Source of the DNA: Patescibacteria group bacterium
GTDB lineage: Bacteria > Patescibacteriota > Patescibacteriia > Magasanikbacterales > GWA2-37-8
Direction: 5' to 3'
Length of the DNA: 64,000 bases
Assembly: GCA_022710645.1 (NCBI GenBank)
Contig: JAKLGL010000001.1
Span: 274,712 to 338,711 of the forward strand
The notes under the pieces were generated by a model. It made no database searches. It saw nothing but the letters and a program-made list of their open reading frames with translations, and was not told the DNA's origin. Numbering within the stretch: position 1 is the stretch's first letter; each line of letters starts with the position of its first letter. The position numbers and the translations under genes are program-made. Shown one piece after another: positions 48,764-60,881 of this stretch.

Positions 48764-48792
48764 TTGACAAAATCGTTAAAATATGCTACAAT
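48764..48792 (+). promoter_or_regulatory. Consensus sigma70 promoter (TTGACA-17-TACAAT, extended -10)
   Basis: TTGACA at 48764-48769, TACAAT at 48787-48792. Confidence 0.55.
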
Positions 48793-48824
48793 TCTTTGTT
48801 GTTCCTTAAAATTTTAACTGCTTT

Positions 48825-49076
48825 TTGGAGGATATCATGAGAAATGCAATAGCTCTAGCTATCGCTACTGAGCCAAGAATTGAACAAACTATCAAACTTC
48901 TCGTCTTGAAAATCTTAACGGAGAAAATATCTCCAAAAGATGTTGCCAAAGTAGTTGAGGCTTTGGTCAATTTATTCAAACGGAAAAAAATCGACGATAT
49001 TACGCAGGATGAAGTTCAAAAAATCGTCGAGGAGTGGACTGTGGTCAAAATCAACCGAATATTGAAGGGAGGCTAA
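48825..49076 (+). CDS. Small hypothetical protein (83 aa)
   Basis: GGAGG RBS. Terminator at 49109-49132. Confidence 0.4.
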   Translation: MEDIMRNAIALAIATEPRIEQTIKLLVLKILTEKISPKDVAKVVEALVNLFKRKKIDDITQDEVQKIVEEWTVVKINRILKGG

Positions 49077-49108
49077 AATGCCGAATCCTCCCAAAAGAAA
49101 AACTTATT

Positions 49109-49132
49109 AGCCCCGCTCAGGGGCTTTTTTTA
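49109..49132. terminator. Rho-independent terminator shared by convergent genes
   Basis: AGCCCC-GCTCA-GGGGCT followed by a T-run. Confidence 0.6.
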
Positions 49133-51715
49133 TTTCAAAACTCTTTTTAAGTAAGCCCCCGTATAACTCCCTGCTTTTCGCGCGACTTCCTCCGGTGTAC
49201 CGCTGGCAACTATTTTTCCGCCTTTATCCCCGCCTTCAGGTCCGAGATCTATTATCCAATCCGCGCATTTGATAACATCCAGGTTATGTTCAATCACCAT
49301 CACCGTATTTCCAACAGATACCAGACGTTGTAAAACTATCAATAATTTTTTTACATCTTCATAATGCAAACCAGTAGTCGGTTCATCCAACAAATAAAGT
49401 GTTTTGGTATTTCCCGGACGCGCCAATTCACGCGACAGTTTGATACGTTGTGCCTCTCCGCCGGAAAGTGTGGTGGCAGATTGTCCGAGAGTCAAGTAAT
49501 CCAAACCGACTTCGTTGAGTATTTTCAATTTATCGTGAATAAACGGAATATCTTTGAAAAATTGTTCCGCTTCCGCCACAGTCATGTCTAGCACATCGGC
49601 AATATTTTTTCCTTTGTAATGCACTTGCAAAGTTTCGGAAGTAAAACGCTTGCCTTTGCAAACATCACAAACCACTTCTACACTTGGTAAAAAATGCATT
49701 TCAATTTCCAGCACTCCTTTACCTTCGCAATGTTCGCAACGTCCGCCCGGCACATTAAAACTGAATCGACTGTTTTTATAACCGCGCATGCGCGCTTCCG
49801 GAGTAGTAGCAAAAATTTCTCGAATATGATCAAAAGCTTTGGTGTAAGTGGCGGGATTACTGCGTGAAGTGCGACCGATAGCGCTCTGATCGATAGAGAT
49901 AACTCTTTCTATATATTCGGTGCCAGTCAAATTTTTATAATTCGGTTCGTGTTTTTTTATTCTGTTTAATCTTTCAAACAACGCGCGATAAAGCACATCG
50001 TGCATCAAGGTGGATTTGCCCGAACCTGATACGCCGGTCAAACAAACAAAACGACGAAGCGGAATTTCCACATCAACATTTTTCAAATTATGTTCCACTG
50101 CGCCTTTGATTTTGATTTTTGGTGTAGAAGAATCCACACTGCGATATTTTTCGGGAATTTCTATTTTTTCCTCCCCGCGCAAATATTTTCCAGTCAGAGA
50201 TTTTTGCGTGGAACCCAACACTTTACAATCAAATTCTTTGGATTTCCCTATTTTATTATTCAGCATGTCTTGCAAAGGTCCGGAATAAATCACTTCTCCC
50301 CCGTGTTTACCGGCCATAGGTCCGATATCTACCAACCAATCGCTTTCCAAAATAGTATCTTCATCATGTTCTACTACGATAATAGTATTTCCAACATTGC
50401 AAAGATTGCGTAAAGTTTTTATCAATTGATCATTATCTTTTTGGTGCAATCCGATAGTCGGTTCATCCAATACATAAAGAGCGCCGACCAATTTAGTGCC
50501 GACTTGCGACGCTAGACGGATACGTTGTGCTTCCCCGCCGGATAATGTGCCGGCGCGACGCTCTAGTGTGAGATAATGAAGCCCGACATTAAACATAAAA
50601 TCCAAACGATTGCTGATTTCACGCAAAACTACAGCGCTGATTTCCAATTCTTTGGGTGTTAATTTTTTTGTTAAATCGTTGAAAAATTCTCGCGATTGTG
50701 AAATTGTTTGTTTGGTGACTTCATAAATATTTTTTCCACCAATTTTCACACTCAACGCGGTTTCGTTTAATCTTTTACCGTGACATTTCGGACAAACTTC
50801 TTCGGAGAACAAACTTTCTGTGCCCAAACCCGTACATTTTTCACAATAACCATAAGGACTGTTGAAACTGAATAATCGCGGTTCAATTTCGGGAAAAGAA
50901 AAACCGTCGTGAGGACAAGAATAAAGCGTAGAATAAATTTGTTCGGTTTTATCCGGATAAATTATCGTTACCAAACCGTTACTCAGATCAATCGCGCTCT
51001 CCAGCGCTTCGGACAATCTTTGTAGCTCTTCTTTTTCCGTCATTTTTTCCGCGCTGTTCAAAAACAATCTATCCGTCACCACTTCAATATCGTGTTTTTT
51101 GTTTTTTGACAAAATCAAAGTTTCTTTGAGTTCTTTATAAACTCCGTCCACGCGAACTTGCGCAAATCCGGAATTATAAAAATCATAAAGCATCTGATAA
51201 TACTCCCCTTTTCTTCCACGCACTACGGGAGACAAAATCACCAATTCTTTTATACTTTTTTTATTATCTTTGAAATTTTCAATGAGTTTGTCCAAGATAT
51301 GACTTTTGATTTCATCTGTGCTCATCCGGTCAATTTTGGTTCCACATTGCGGACAATATGGTTTGCCTACGCGCGCGTAAAGCACACGTAAATAATCATA
51401 AATTTCCGTGATAGTTGCGACTGTGGATCTCGGGTTGGCAGTATGAGCTTTTTGATCAATAGAAATAGCCGGTGACAAACCTTCTATTTCATCAACATCA
51501 GGTTTTTGCATCCCGCCCAAAAATTGTCGCGCGTAAGCGGACAAACTTTCAATGTATCGGCGTTGGCCTTCGGCAAAAATGGTATCAAAAGCCAGAGACG
51601 ATTTGCCCGAACCGGACAGTCCCGTGAAAACTATCATTTTATTGCGCGGAATTTCCAAAGAAATATTTTTCAAATTATGTTCTCGCGCGCCTTTGATAAC
51701 AATTTTTTCTTGCAT
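49130..51715 (-). CDS. uvrA: Excinuclease ABC subunit A
   Basis: Two ABC ATPase modules ([22 protein letters not shown]). Zn-finger Cys pairs. Length is 861 aa. Confidence 0.95.
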   Translation of the reverse strand: MQEKIVIKGAREHNLKNISLEIPRNKMIVFTGLSGSGKSSLAFDTIFAEGQRRYIESLSAYARQFLGGMQKPDVDEIEGLSPAISIDQKAHTANPRSTVATITEIYDYLRVLYARVGKPYCPQCGTKIDRMSTDEIKSHILDKLIENFKDNKKSIKELVILSPVVRGRKGEYYQMLYDFYNSGFAQVRVDGVYKELKETLILSKNKKHDIEVVTDRLFLNSAEKMTEKEELQRLSEALESAIDLSNGLVTIIYPDKTEQIYSTLYSCPHDGFSFPEIEPRLFSFNSPYGYCEKCTGLGTESLFSEEVCPKCHGKRLNETALSVKIGGKNIYEVTKQTISQSREFFNDLTKKLTPKELEISAVVLREISNRLDFMFNVGLHYLTLERRAGTLSGGEAQRIRLASQVGTKLVGALYVLDEPTIGLHQKDNDQLIKTLRNLCNVGNTIIVVEHDEDTILESDWLVDIGPMAGKHGGEVIYSGPLQDMLNNKIGKSKEFDCKVLGSTQKSLTGKYLRGEEKIEIPEKYRSVDSSTPKIKIKGAVEHNLKNVDVEIPLRRFVCLTGVSGSGKSTLMHDVLYRALFERLNRIKKHEPNYKNLTGTEYIERVISIDQSAIGRTSRSNPATYTKAFDHIREIFATTPEARMRGYKNSRFSFNVPGGRCEHCEGKGVLEIEMHFLPSVEVVCDVCKGKRFTSETLQVHYKGKNIADVLDMTVAEAEQFFKDIPFIHDKLKILNEVGLDYLTLGQSATTLSGGEAQRIKLSRELARPGNTKTLYLLDEPTTGLHYEDVKKLLIVLQRLVSVGNTVMVIEHNLDVIKCADWIIDLGPEGGDKGGKIVASGTPEEVARKAGSYTGAYLKRVLK

Positions 51716-51836
51716 AATAATTGTAATATAGGAAAATGCCCTCCAGTTGGTTTACTAGGGGGGTATAGTGAAAAGTTTACTATAAAATTAACGAAAAGTC
51801 AACCGTGTTTTAATAACCAAATCCTAATGTCCAATT

Positions 51837-51940
51837 GTCATCCTGAACGAAGTGAAGGATCTGCAAAAGGCAATAATCTTTTTTACAGACCTACCTGCCG
51901 GTAGGCAGGTTCTTCTCCGCCTGAGGCGGATCAGAATGAC
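51837..51940. repeat. Composite family-C element: GTCATCCTGAACGAAGTGAAGGATCTG ... CCTACCTGCCGGTAGGCAGG ... CCGCCTGAGGCGG-ATCAGAATGAC
   Basis: Lies upstream of the uvrA start, between divergent genes. A spurious track ORF (51506-51904) translates it as ...CHPERSEGS.... Confidence 0.6.
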
Positions 51941-52011
51941 AGATTATTGACAAACTCCCCAATCTCCTATTAAATAACTTTATAAGTCCTTTATATTATT
52001 AATTTCCTATA

Positions 52012-52326
52012 TTGGAGGAAAATATGGATTGGTTAGAAAAAGCCAAAGATGAAGCCAAAAAAAATCTGGAAAAAATCCAACAGATCATCCAGGAGAGATA
52101 TGACTACAGCGAAAAAGTGGAAGAACTCCGAGAAATCTGCACAAAATCGGAAAAGGAAAAGGTTTGTAATCTTTTTTCTGATGCGGATTATTGTTTGAAA
52201 GAGTGGCAAAACGGTCCTGTTCTGGGACTGAATTCTCCAGGACTAATAATTTCAGCAGCGGAAAACTACAAAAAAACCTTGGATAAACTGATTGCAGAAA
52301 TTAACAAAGAACTTTTTCCTTGTTAA
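52012..52326 (+). CDS. Hypothetical protein (about 100 aa)
   Basis: GGAGG RBS. Probable ATG at 52024. Terminator at 52339-52366. Confidence 0.4.
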   Translation: MEENMDWLEKAKDEAKKNLEKIQQIIQERYDYSEKVEELREICTKSEKEKVCNLFSDADYCLKEWQNGPVLGLNSPGLIISAAENYKKTLDKLIAEINKELFPC

Positions 52327-52338
52327 TCCACACTTCAA

Positions 52339-52366
52339 GCGGTTCTACACAGAATCGCTTTTTTTA
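52339..52366 (+). terminator. Rho-independent terminator
   Basis: GCGGTTCT-ACAC-AGAATCGC followed by TTTTTTTA. Confidence 0.6.
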
Positions 52367-52432
52367 TTGACAAAAAACATCAATTATAATAAATTAAACT
52401 TATACTAAATAACAATTAATTTATATAAAAAT

Positions 52433-52846
52433 ATGTCAAAAAAGCTACTTTCGCTTTTCGCAATTTTCGCCTTGGTTATTCTCATGGGAGCCGGATGTCA
52501 AAAAACGACTGTTGAAGAAAACAACAGTGAAATTGATGATTTATCTGTTTTGGAAGAAGAAGATTTGACTGAAGAAAATGATAATGAACTTATTTTGTCC
52601 GTGGAAGATTTGGGAAGTGGTCAAGTAAAATTTATTTGGAATACTTCCAATAACCCGGAAGGTTATCGTATGCTTCACAGCGCGCGCAAAAACGCTGAAA
52701 ATCCTTTTTGGCAATTTGTAGGAACAAATAATGATGAAGGGATATTTTATCAAGTCCCGACTGGCACAAGATTTTTCCGCGTTTGCGAATTATTGGATAA
52801 AAAATGTGTGAATTATTCAAATGAGGTGGAACTTGAAGTAAAGTAA
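52433..52846 (+). CDS. Putative lipoprotein (137 aa)
   Basis: Signal peptide ending LILMGAGC. Terminator at 52866-52897. Confidence 0.45.
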   Translation: MSKKLLSLFAIFALVILMGAGCQKTTVEENNSEIDDLSVLEEEDLTEENDNELILSVEDLGSGQVKFIWNTSNNPEGYRMLHSARKNAENPFWQFVGTNNDEGIFYQVPTGTRFFRVCELLDKKCVNYSNEVELEVK

Positions 52847-52918
52847 ATCTATCTAAAAAAATAAAAGACACATCAAACTTGGTGTGTCTTTTTTTTGTTT
52901 TAATATTAAATACTGAAT

Positions 52919-52940
52919 ACCTGCCTGCCGGCAGGCAGGT
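52919..52940. repeat. Solo copy of the 20-bp palindrome CCTGCCTGCCGGCAGGCAGG (family-C core)
   Basis: Identical to 45639-45658. Lies between two terminator hairpins. Confidence 0.55.
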
Positions 52941-52966
52941 TGGAGATATTGTTTTAAATATCATAA

Positions 52967-52988
52967 AACCTCGGCCGAAGCCGAGGTT
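52967..52988 (-). terminator. Rho-independent terminator for the minus-strand gene ending at 53008
   Basis: AACCTCGGC-CGAA-GCCGAGGTT, with a T-run on the minus strand. Confidence 0.55.
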
Positions 52989-53007
52989 ATAAAAGGAACA
53001 AAACTTA

Positions 53008-53547
53008 TTATTCAAGCAACCATCCTGAAAATCCTTTAAAGATTTTGCTCAGAAAAACCAAGCAATCTTTAAAAAATTCTTTTCTAAAAATGGTTAACAG
53101 AATTAGAAACAGTGACTCAATGCTTAAAAAAACAAAAAGGGCAACGGTAACACTAGAGTAAGTGGCAATAGAAATACTCATCTGAAAGCCAAAAAATATC
53201 GAAAACGAAAAACTTATCAAAAATAACAAGCCAAAAATAAAGCCTATATCCGTTTCTATTTTTCTGAAATCTTGTAATCGGTCGAGAGTCTTAGTAGATA
53301 CAATGATAGTACAGTATAACAATGGTCCTGCAAATAAATCCCACCATCTGGTTATGCTGAATGACAAATCATAATAAGCATCAGAAAAAAAATAAATACG
53401 ATTTGTAGTTGGTACACTGCCTTTGGTAAAGAAATATATCCCCCAATAAATCCCAATCGGAACTGAAAATGCCAAAAAGAATTTAAAAAAAACCTTTGTT
53501 AATCTTTTCATTTTAATCTCCGGTCGTATTTGGCCCGACTCCGGCAC
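53008..53547 (-). CDS. Membrane protein (179 aa, about 5 TM), unknown
   Basis: Hydrophobic profile only. Confidence 0.4.
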   Translation of the reverse strand: MPESGQIRPEIKMKRLTKVFFKFFLAFSVPIGIYWGIYFFTKGSVPTTNRIYFFSDAYYDLSFSITRWWDLFAGPLLYCTIIVSTKTLDRLQDFRKIETDIGFIFGLLFLISFSFSIFFGFQMSISIATYSSVTVALFVFLSIESLFLILLTIFRKEFFKDCLVFLSKIFKGFSGWLLE

Positions 53548-53686
53548 TATTTCAATAAATTGTAAGGAACATAAACTAACTGCACATTATAGCACATTTT
53601 AGCCTTTTTGTCAAGATTTAAATGTGGCTAATTTAAGCCATTTTTCTAAACAAAAAACCGCCGTTTTTGGCGATTTTACTATTTTT

Positions 53687-53767
53687 GTCATTCTGAGGAG
53701 CTTAGCGACGAAGAATCTGTAAAAGCAACTATCTTACTTGCAGATCCTTCACTACGTTCAGGATGAC
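53687..53767. repeat. Family-C inverted-repeat element: GTCATTCTGAGGAGCTTAGCGACGAAGAATCTG ... CAGATCCTTCACTACGTTCAGGATGAC
   Basis: Lies just downstream of uvrB. Its arms are homologous to 44719-44794 and 51837-51863. Confidence 0.6.
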
Positions 53768-53852
53768 AACCGGTCTTATTATTCAATCCGCCTTCGCCCA
53801 AAAAGGGCTACGGACGGACAAGTATCCAATATCCAATATTTAATATTTTTTA

Positions 53853-55937
53853 CTACTTATCCGCTTTGCGTCCTTTCAACTCTCTCACCTCATCTCGCAA
53901 AATCGCCGCTAATTCAAACTCCAAATGTTCCGCAGCCTCGCGCATTAATTTTTCTTTTTCTTTGATAATAACTTCAAGCGGTCTGCCATCCCCTATCAAA
54001 TCCAAATCCGTGACTGATAATTTTTTCGCTTTGTTTCTTAATTTGCCTTTTTGTTTTTCTTCGTTGAGTGTCAATCCGAAATCCGCCAAAATATTTTTGA
54101 TAGTTTTTTCAATAGTCTTTGGCGTAATGCCGTGTTTTTTATTGTAAGCAAGTTGAATTTCTCGGCGACGAGCGGTTTCATCTATCGCCTTTTGGATAGA
54201 ACCGGTGATATTATCCGCATACAAAACCACTTGACCGTTCGCATTGCGCGCCGCGCGTCCGATAGTTTGGATGAGCGAAGTGCTACTGCGCAAAAATCCT
54301 TCTTTGTCAGCATCAAGAATTGCGACAAGTGATACTTCCGGCATATCCAAACCTTCACGCAATAAATTCACACCAACCAAAACATCAGTTTTGCCTTTGC
54401 GCAAATCTGTAATAATTTGGATACGTTCCAAAGTTTCTATATCACTATGTAAATAAGTAACTTTTATTTTTTTCTCTTTCAAATACTCGGACAAATCTTC
54501 GGCCATTTTTTTGGTCAAAGTTGTCACCAAAGTTCTTTCGTTATTTTTGATTCTTTCTTCAATACGAACCAGCAAATCCTCAATCTGGCTTTTAACTCCG
54601 ACTTTGCCTGTAACTGGCGCGATAATAACTTCCGGATCAATAAGACCGGTCGGACGCACGATTTGTTCCACGACCTGGTCGCTCAATTTCATCTCATAAT
54701 CATCCGGCGTAGCGGAAACATAAATCACTTGTTTGGTTCTTTCATCAAATTCTTCGTAAGTGAGCGGACGGTTGTCACGCGCTGAGGGAAGTCGGAAACC
54801 ATGTTCAATCAAAGTGTCTTTTCTTGATCTATCGCCGGCAAACATCCCGCGTAATTGCGGAATAGTCACGTGCGATTCGTCAATCACAGTCAAAAAATCC
54901 CCTGCTCCATAATGGAAATAATCCAGCAGTGTAAACGCCGGTTCGCCAGCTTTGCGTTCTTCAAAAAATCTGGAATAATTTTCTATCCCGTTGCAATAAC
55001 CGATGTGTTCTATCAATTCCAAATCATAATTTGTTTTGCGTTTCAATCTTTCCGCTTCCAATAATTTTCCGTGTCGCATCAATTCATCATAACGAACTTT
55101 GAGTTCGTCGCGAATTGCTTGCAAAGCATTGTTTTTTGTTTCTTGCGACACCACATAGTGTTTAGCCGGAAAAAGCCACATATCGGGACTTTCTCCGATT
55201 CGTTTACGGGTCAGCGCATCAAAAATTTCAATAGAATCTATTTTATCGCTAAGTCCGAAACGATAAATTTTTTCTTCATTTACCGGAACCAATTCCAAAA
55301 CTTGTCCGCGTAACAAAAATGTCCCACGTTTGAGTTCACCATTGGTGCGTTCAAATTTCATTTCCACGAGTTTTTCCATCAAACCGCGACGATCCAATTT
55401 TTGCCCGACTTCCAAATGTAAAATCGTGCGTTCATATTCTTTTGGTGAACCAAGGTTATAAATCGCAGAAACAGACGCCACGATTATCACATCTTTGCGA
55501 GTGAGTAGTGCTTGGGTGCAAGCATGGCGTAATCTGTCTATTTCTTCATTGATTTGCGCTTCTTTTTCAATATAGGTGTCGGTATGGGGCATGTAGGCTT
55601 CCGGTTGATAATAATCATAAAAAGAAACAAAATATTCCACCGCGTTATTGGGAAAAAATTCCCGAAATTCATTGCAAAGTTGAGCAGCCAAAGTTTTGTT
55701 GTGTGCTATTACCAAAGTTGGCTTCTGGGTTTTTTCTATCACATTGGCAACGGTAAAAGTTTTACCCGAACCGGTCACACCGAGTAAAGTCTGACGACGC
55801 ATATCACAAGAGATACCATCTACTAATTTAGCAATGGCCTCTGGCTGATCCCCGGCGGGTTTATATTTTGAAACTAATTTAAATTTCATCTGAATAAACT
55901 TTATGAACTTTATAACTTTACAAACTTTATAACTCAA
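53853..55937 (-). CDS. uvrB: Excinuclease ABC subunit B
   Basis: Begins at residue 17 of the track ORF (MKFKLVSKYKPAGDQPEAI, about 55889). Helicase motifs GVTGSGKT and DESH. C-terminal UVR domain. Confidence 0.95.
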   Translation of the reverse strand: MSYKVCKVIKFIKFIQMKFKLVSKYKPAGDQPEAIAKLVDGISCDMRRQTLLGVTGSGKTFTVANVIEKTQKPTLVIAHNKTLAAQLCNEFREFFPNNAVEYFVSFYDYYQPEAYMPHTDTYIEKEAQINEEIDRLRHACTQALLTRKDVIIVASVSAIYNLGSPKEYERTILHLEVGQKLDRRGLMEKLVEMKFERTNGELKRGTFLLRGQVLELVPVNEEKIYRFGLSDKIDSIEIFDALTRKRIGESPDMWLFPAKHYVVSQETKNNALQAIRDELKVRYDELMRHGKLLEAERLKRKTNYDLELIEHIGYCNGIENYSRFFEERKAGEPAFTLLDYFHYGAGDFLTVIDESHVTIPQLRGMFAGDRSRKDTLIEHGFRLPSARDNRPLTYEEFDERTKQVIYVSATPDDYEMKLSDQVVEQIVRPTGLIDPEVIIAPVTGKVGVKSQIEDLLVRIEERIKNNERTLVTTLTKKMAEDLSEYLKEKKIKVTYLHSDIETLERIQIITDLRKGKTDVLVGVNLLREGLDMPEVSLVAILDADKEGFLRSSTSLIQTIGRAARNANGQVVLYADNITGSIQKAIDETARRREIQLAYNKKHGITPKTIEKTIKNILADFGLTLNEEKQKGKLRNKAKKLSVTDLDLIGDGRPLEVIIKEKEKLMREAAEHLEFELAAILRDEVRELKGRKADK

Positions 55938-57028
55938 TACTTCTTCTCCACCATACTCTGCACTATTCCGATAAGTAATAAATTCATTATTAAAGAAGAT
56001 CCACCGTAACTTACAAAAGGAAGAGTAACACCGGTAACAGGTAAAATACCTATATTTGCTCCTATATTTATAAAAAACTGGGTAAAAAATAAAGCTGCGG
56101 TTCCGGAAACCGTCAAAGCGATAAAATCATTGCTTGTTTTGGAGGCCAAAGAAAGCAAACGCCAAAAAACTATTAAAAATAATATCAAAATCACTCCGAC
56201 TCCCAAAAAACCCATTTCTTCGGCAATAACGGAAAAAATAAAATCAGTTTGTGTTTCCGGTAAAAAGCGCAATTGGCTTTGCGAACCAAATCCCAAGCCT
56301 CGACCAAAAATATTTCCCGAACCAACGGCAATAGTCGCTTGCATTACATTATATCCCGAACCCAAAGGATCATGACTCGGATCAATAAATGTCATCAGGC
56401 GATCTTTTTGATAATCTTGCAATAAGAAAAACCAACTAAAAATCGCACCAGTGACAAAAAGCATTATAAAACCGAAAATTAAAGATTTTTTGGCGCCGGT
56501 TAAAAGCATCAAAGAAAACCAGATAGTCCCCACTAAAACAGCCGAACCTAAATCAGGTTGGATCATGATAAGAAAAATCGGCAATAAAGTCAAAAATAAA
56601 GTCCAAAAGAAAAATTTCGGTTTTTCAAACTGTCGTCCGAAATTGGAAATAGTATAAGCAAGCATTAAAATCACTCCGACCTTAGCCAACTCCACCGGTT
56701 GAAAAGAAAAACCTCCGAAAGAAAACCACCCCGTAGTACCGCGAATATTATGTCCCAAAATCAAAACAGCCAAAAGAGCAAAAAGTGAAGCATAGTAAAA
56801 CCAACGGGCGTAAGTTCTGAAAAAAGTATATTGGGTCAAACTCCCGGCAAACAAAATTCCGAGACCTATAGCCAATGCTATAACCTGTTTTTTGAAATAA
56901 ATAAGCTCACTACCGCGAGATAAATCCACACTATAAATAGCCATCAATCCAAAAGCAATCAGAAAAAACACAGCCGAAAAAAGAAGCCAGTCAAAACTCC
57001 TCCCTGAGAATTTGGCCAAATTAAACAT
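55934..57028 (-). CDS. SEDS-family peptidoglycan glycosyltransferase (FtsW/RodA)
   Basis: 10-TM profile. Conserved PETHTDFIF-like segment (LPETQTDFIFSVIAEE). Overlaps the uvrB start by 4 nt. Confidence 0.8.
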   Translation of the reverse strand: MFNLAKFSGRSFDWLLFSAVFFLIAFGLMAIYSVDLSRGSELIYFKKQVIALAIGLGILFAGSLTQYTFFRTYARWFYYASLFALLAVLILGHNIRGTTGWFSFGGFSFQPVELAKVGVILMLAYTISNFGRQFEKPKFFFWTLFLTLLPIFLIMIQPDLGSAVLVGTIWFSLMLLTGAKKSLIFGFIMLFVTGAIFSWFFLLQDYQKDRLMTFIDPSHDPLGSGYNVMQATIAVGSGNIFGRGLGFGSQSQLRFLPETQTDFIFSVIAEEMGFLGVGVILILFLIVFWRLLSLASKTSNDFIALTVSGTAALFFTQFFINIGANIGILPVTGVTLPFVSYGGSSLIMNLLLIGIVQSMVEKKY

Positions 57029-57029
57029 A

Positions 57030-57989
57030 TTATCTCACCGGTTCAAAATATTCTCCTCGTTCAAAATAATTTATAGAAGGATACACAACAACTTCATCAA
57101 CAAAAAGATTGTCGGCAAAACTTCGCAAGTCCACGTTTTTTGTTTGTAATGATTCGAATTTTTCTATTTTAATTTCAGCCATACCAACTTCAATTCCACC
57201 GTTTCTGAATTCTACTATAAAATGCGGTTCATAAAAATGAAACGGACTGCCGTTCTTCAAATCAAATTTTATAATATTGGCGTTGGCCCCTTCCGGATGT
57301 AAAACGCTTTTATATTCGAAATTTTCAACTTCAAACATATTTCTTTCCGCCATATAAGAGATCGGATCTGCATAAAGATGAGCGTTGATACGTTTGTAAA
57401 CGATATTTTCCAAAACCAAGACCCCGCCAATACCGTCTTTTAAGCCAAATTCAACCACGGGCTTGGTTTCTTGCGGTAAAATAAAACCCGATCTTTTTTC
57501 GGTTTTCAGACCTCCTTGATCAAAATAATAATCAAAATACGCTATATGTTTTTGATTTGGATTGGTTACTTTGGTAAAAGCATCGTATTTATCTACTCCG
57601 GCCGGAATTACCACAGTTTCATCTACCGCTAAATTCTGAGGAGATAGGGCTCTGTTGATTCTTTCGTAATCATCCACCTCTGTCATTTGGACAAATAATT
57701 TTTCATCGCGAGGCACTTCTACTATCAAAATCCATGCTGCTTTAATCACGGTATATATCACTGTGTAGGCTGAAAATAAAATCAAAAAACCGACTAAAAG
57801 ACGGTAAAGTAAAATCCTGTTATTTACATACCAAGCGGCAAATTTAAACTGTCCCGCAGTCATCGTGCCGGTAGGATCTTCGTATTTGGATAATCCGTTT
57901 TTCACGACTTTTTTGGCAGTAGGCAAACTTGATGCGATAGTACCGGTCTTCCTTTGAGTTAAATTATTTTTTTGAGTATAGAAATCCAT
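57030..57989 (-). CDS. Membrane-anchored hypothetical protein (319 aa), translationally coupled to the SEDS gene
   Basis: Single TM near the N-terminus. A 1-nt gap to the downstream SEDS gene. No recognisable family. Confidence 0.45.
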   Translation of the reverse strand: MDFYTQKNNLTQRKTGTIASSLPTAKKVVKNGLSKYEDPTGTMTAGQFKFAAWYVNNRILLYRLLVGFLILFSAYTVIYTVIKAAWILIVEVPRDEKLFVQMTEVDDYERINRALSPQNLAVDETVVIPAGVDKYDAFTKVTNPNQKHIAYFDYYFDQGGLKTEKRSGFILPQETKPVVEFGLKDGIGGVLVLENIVYKRINAHLYADPISYMAERNMFEVENFEYKSVLHPEGANANIIKFDLKNGSPFHFYEPHFIVEFRNGGIEVGMAEIKIEKFESLQTKNVDLRSFADNLFVDEVVVYPSINYFERGEYFEPVR

Positions 57990-58029
57990 ATATAAAAATT
58001 TTATAAACTTAAAAGTATTTTATCATTCT

Positions 58030-58614
58030 TTGACTTTTTTTACAACAAAAGACAGGGTGAGTTTGACTTTTGAAACTTTTCATTGTAAACTCCGACACGC
58101 AGTACTTTATAATCTCTCAACGGAGAAAAACATGGCCCCTTATTTGACCGTCTTTTTTCCTTTTCGTTTACCGATTCACTTTGAAAACAACTTGCCCGCT
58201 CTTTTTATTTACGAAAAAAAAGAGCTTGATCGAGAAAATCTTATCAGTCTCCTTGCCGAACACAGAGAAAAATATTTATTTGTGTTCACTGAAAAAAAAG
58301 ACGACTTCGGAAAATTCAAAAATCCGAGAGTCAAAATCAATCCGGAACAAGTAATGGTTAGCGGTTTTAAACCCGTTATACTCCTCAAAACAACTCTTGA
58401 GGTATCTGAACTGACCGATGGTATATTAACCGTCAGTCAAAAAATGATACCTGGAAAAAAAGAAAAAATTTATGGGATGAAAGATAAATTATTCCATAAA
58501 ATAAGCCTATGGAGTATAAATTCCAACCCTACAGAATTGAAGAACATCTTAATTTCTTTTTTCGGCTTTTTACTACTGCCAGAAGAGAAATTTTTCTCCG
58601 ATCAATGGAGATAA
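58030..58614 (+). CDS. Hypothetical protein; probable start at 58132 (MAPYLTVFF...)
   Basis: Followed by a terminator at 58629-58652 (AACCCCGC-CAAT-GCGGGGTT plus T-run). Confidence 0.4.
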   Translation: MTFFTTKDRVSLTFETFHCKLRHAVLYNLSTEKNMAPYLTVFFPFRLPIHFENNLPALFIYEKKELDRENLISLLAEHREKYLFVFTEKKDDFGKFKNPRVKINPEQVMVSGFKPVILLKTTLEVSELTDGILTVSQKMIPGKKEKIYGMKDKLFHKISLWSINSNPTELKNILISFFGFLLLPEEKFFSDQWR

Positions 58615-58683
58615 ATCAGTAGGATTCCAACCCCGCCAATGCGGGGTTTTTTATTTTTTATACACTTGCTTGTCTCTTTTTAA

Positions 58684-60786
<2,103 letters not shown>

Positions 60787-60881
60787 AGATAATAAAAAAT
60801 AAAACAAAAAAACTTCGCTATTACGGCGAAGTTTTTTAAATAAAAAAGACGGGTTTTAACCGTCTTAAAAATATTATAGAA

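Noticed and set aside
51506-51904. 132-aa plus-strand ORF upstream of uvrA ending in ...CHPERSEGSAKG
   Set aside because: It largely overlaps the uvrA 5' end on the opposite strand. Its 3' part is simply a translation of the family-C palindromic repeat, so it is a repeat-derived spurious ORF.
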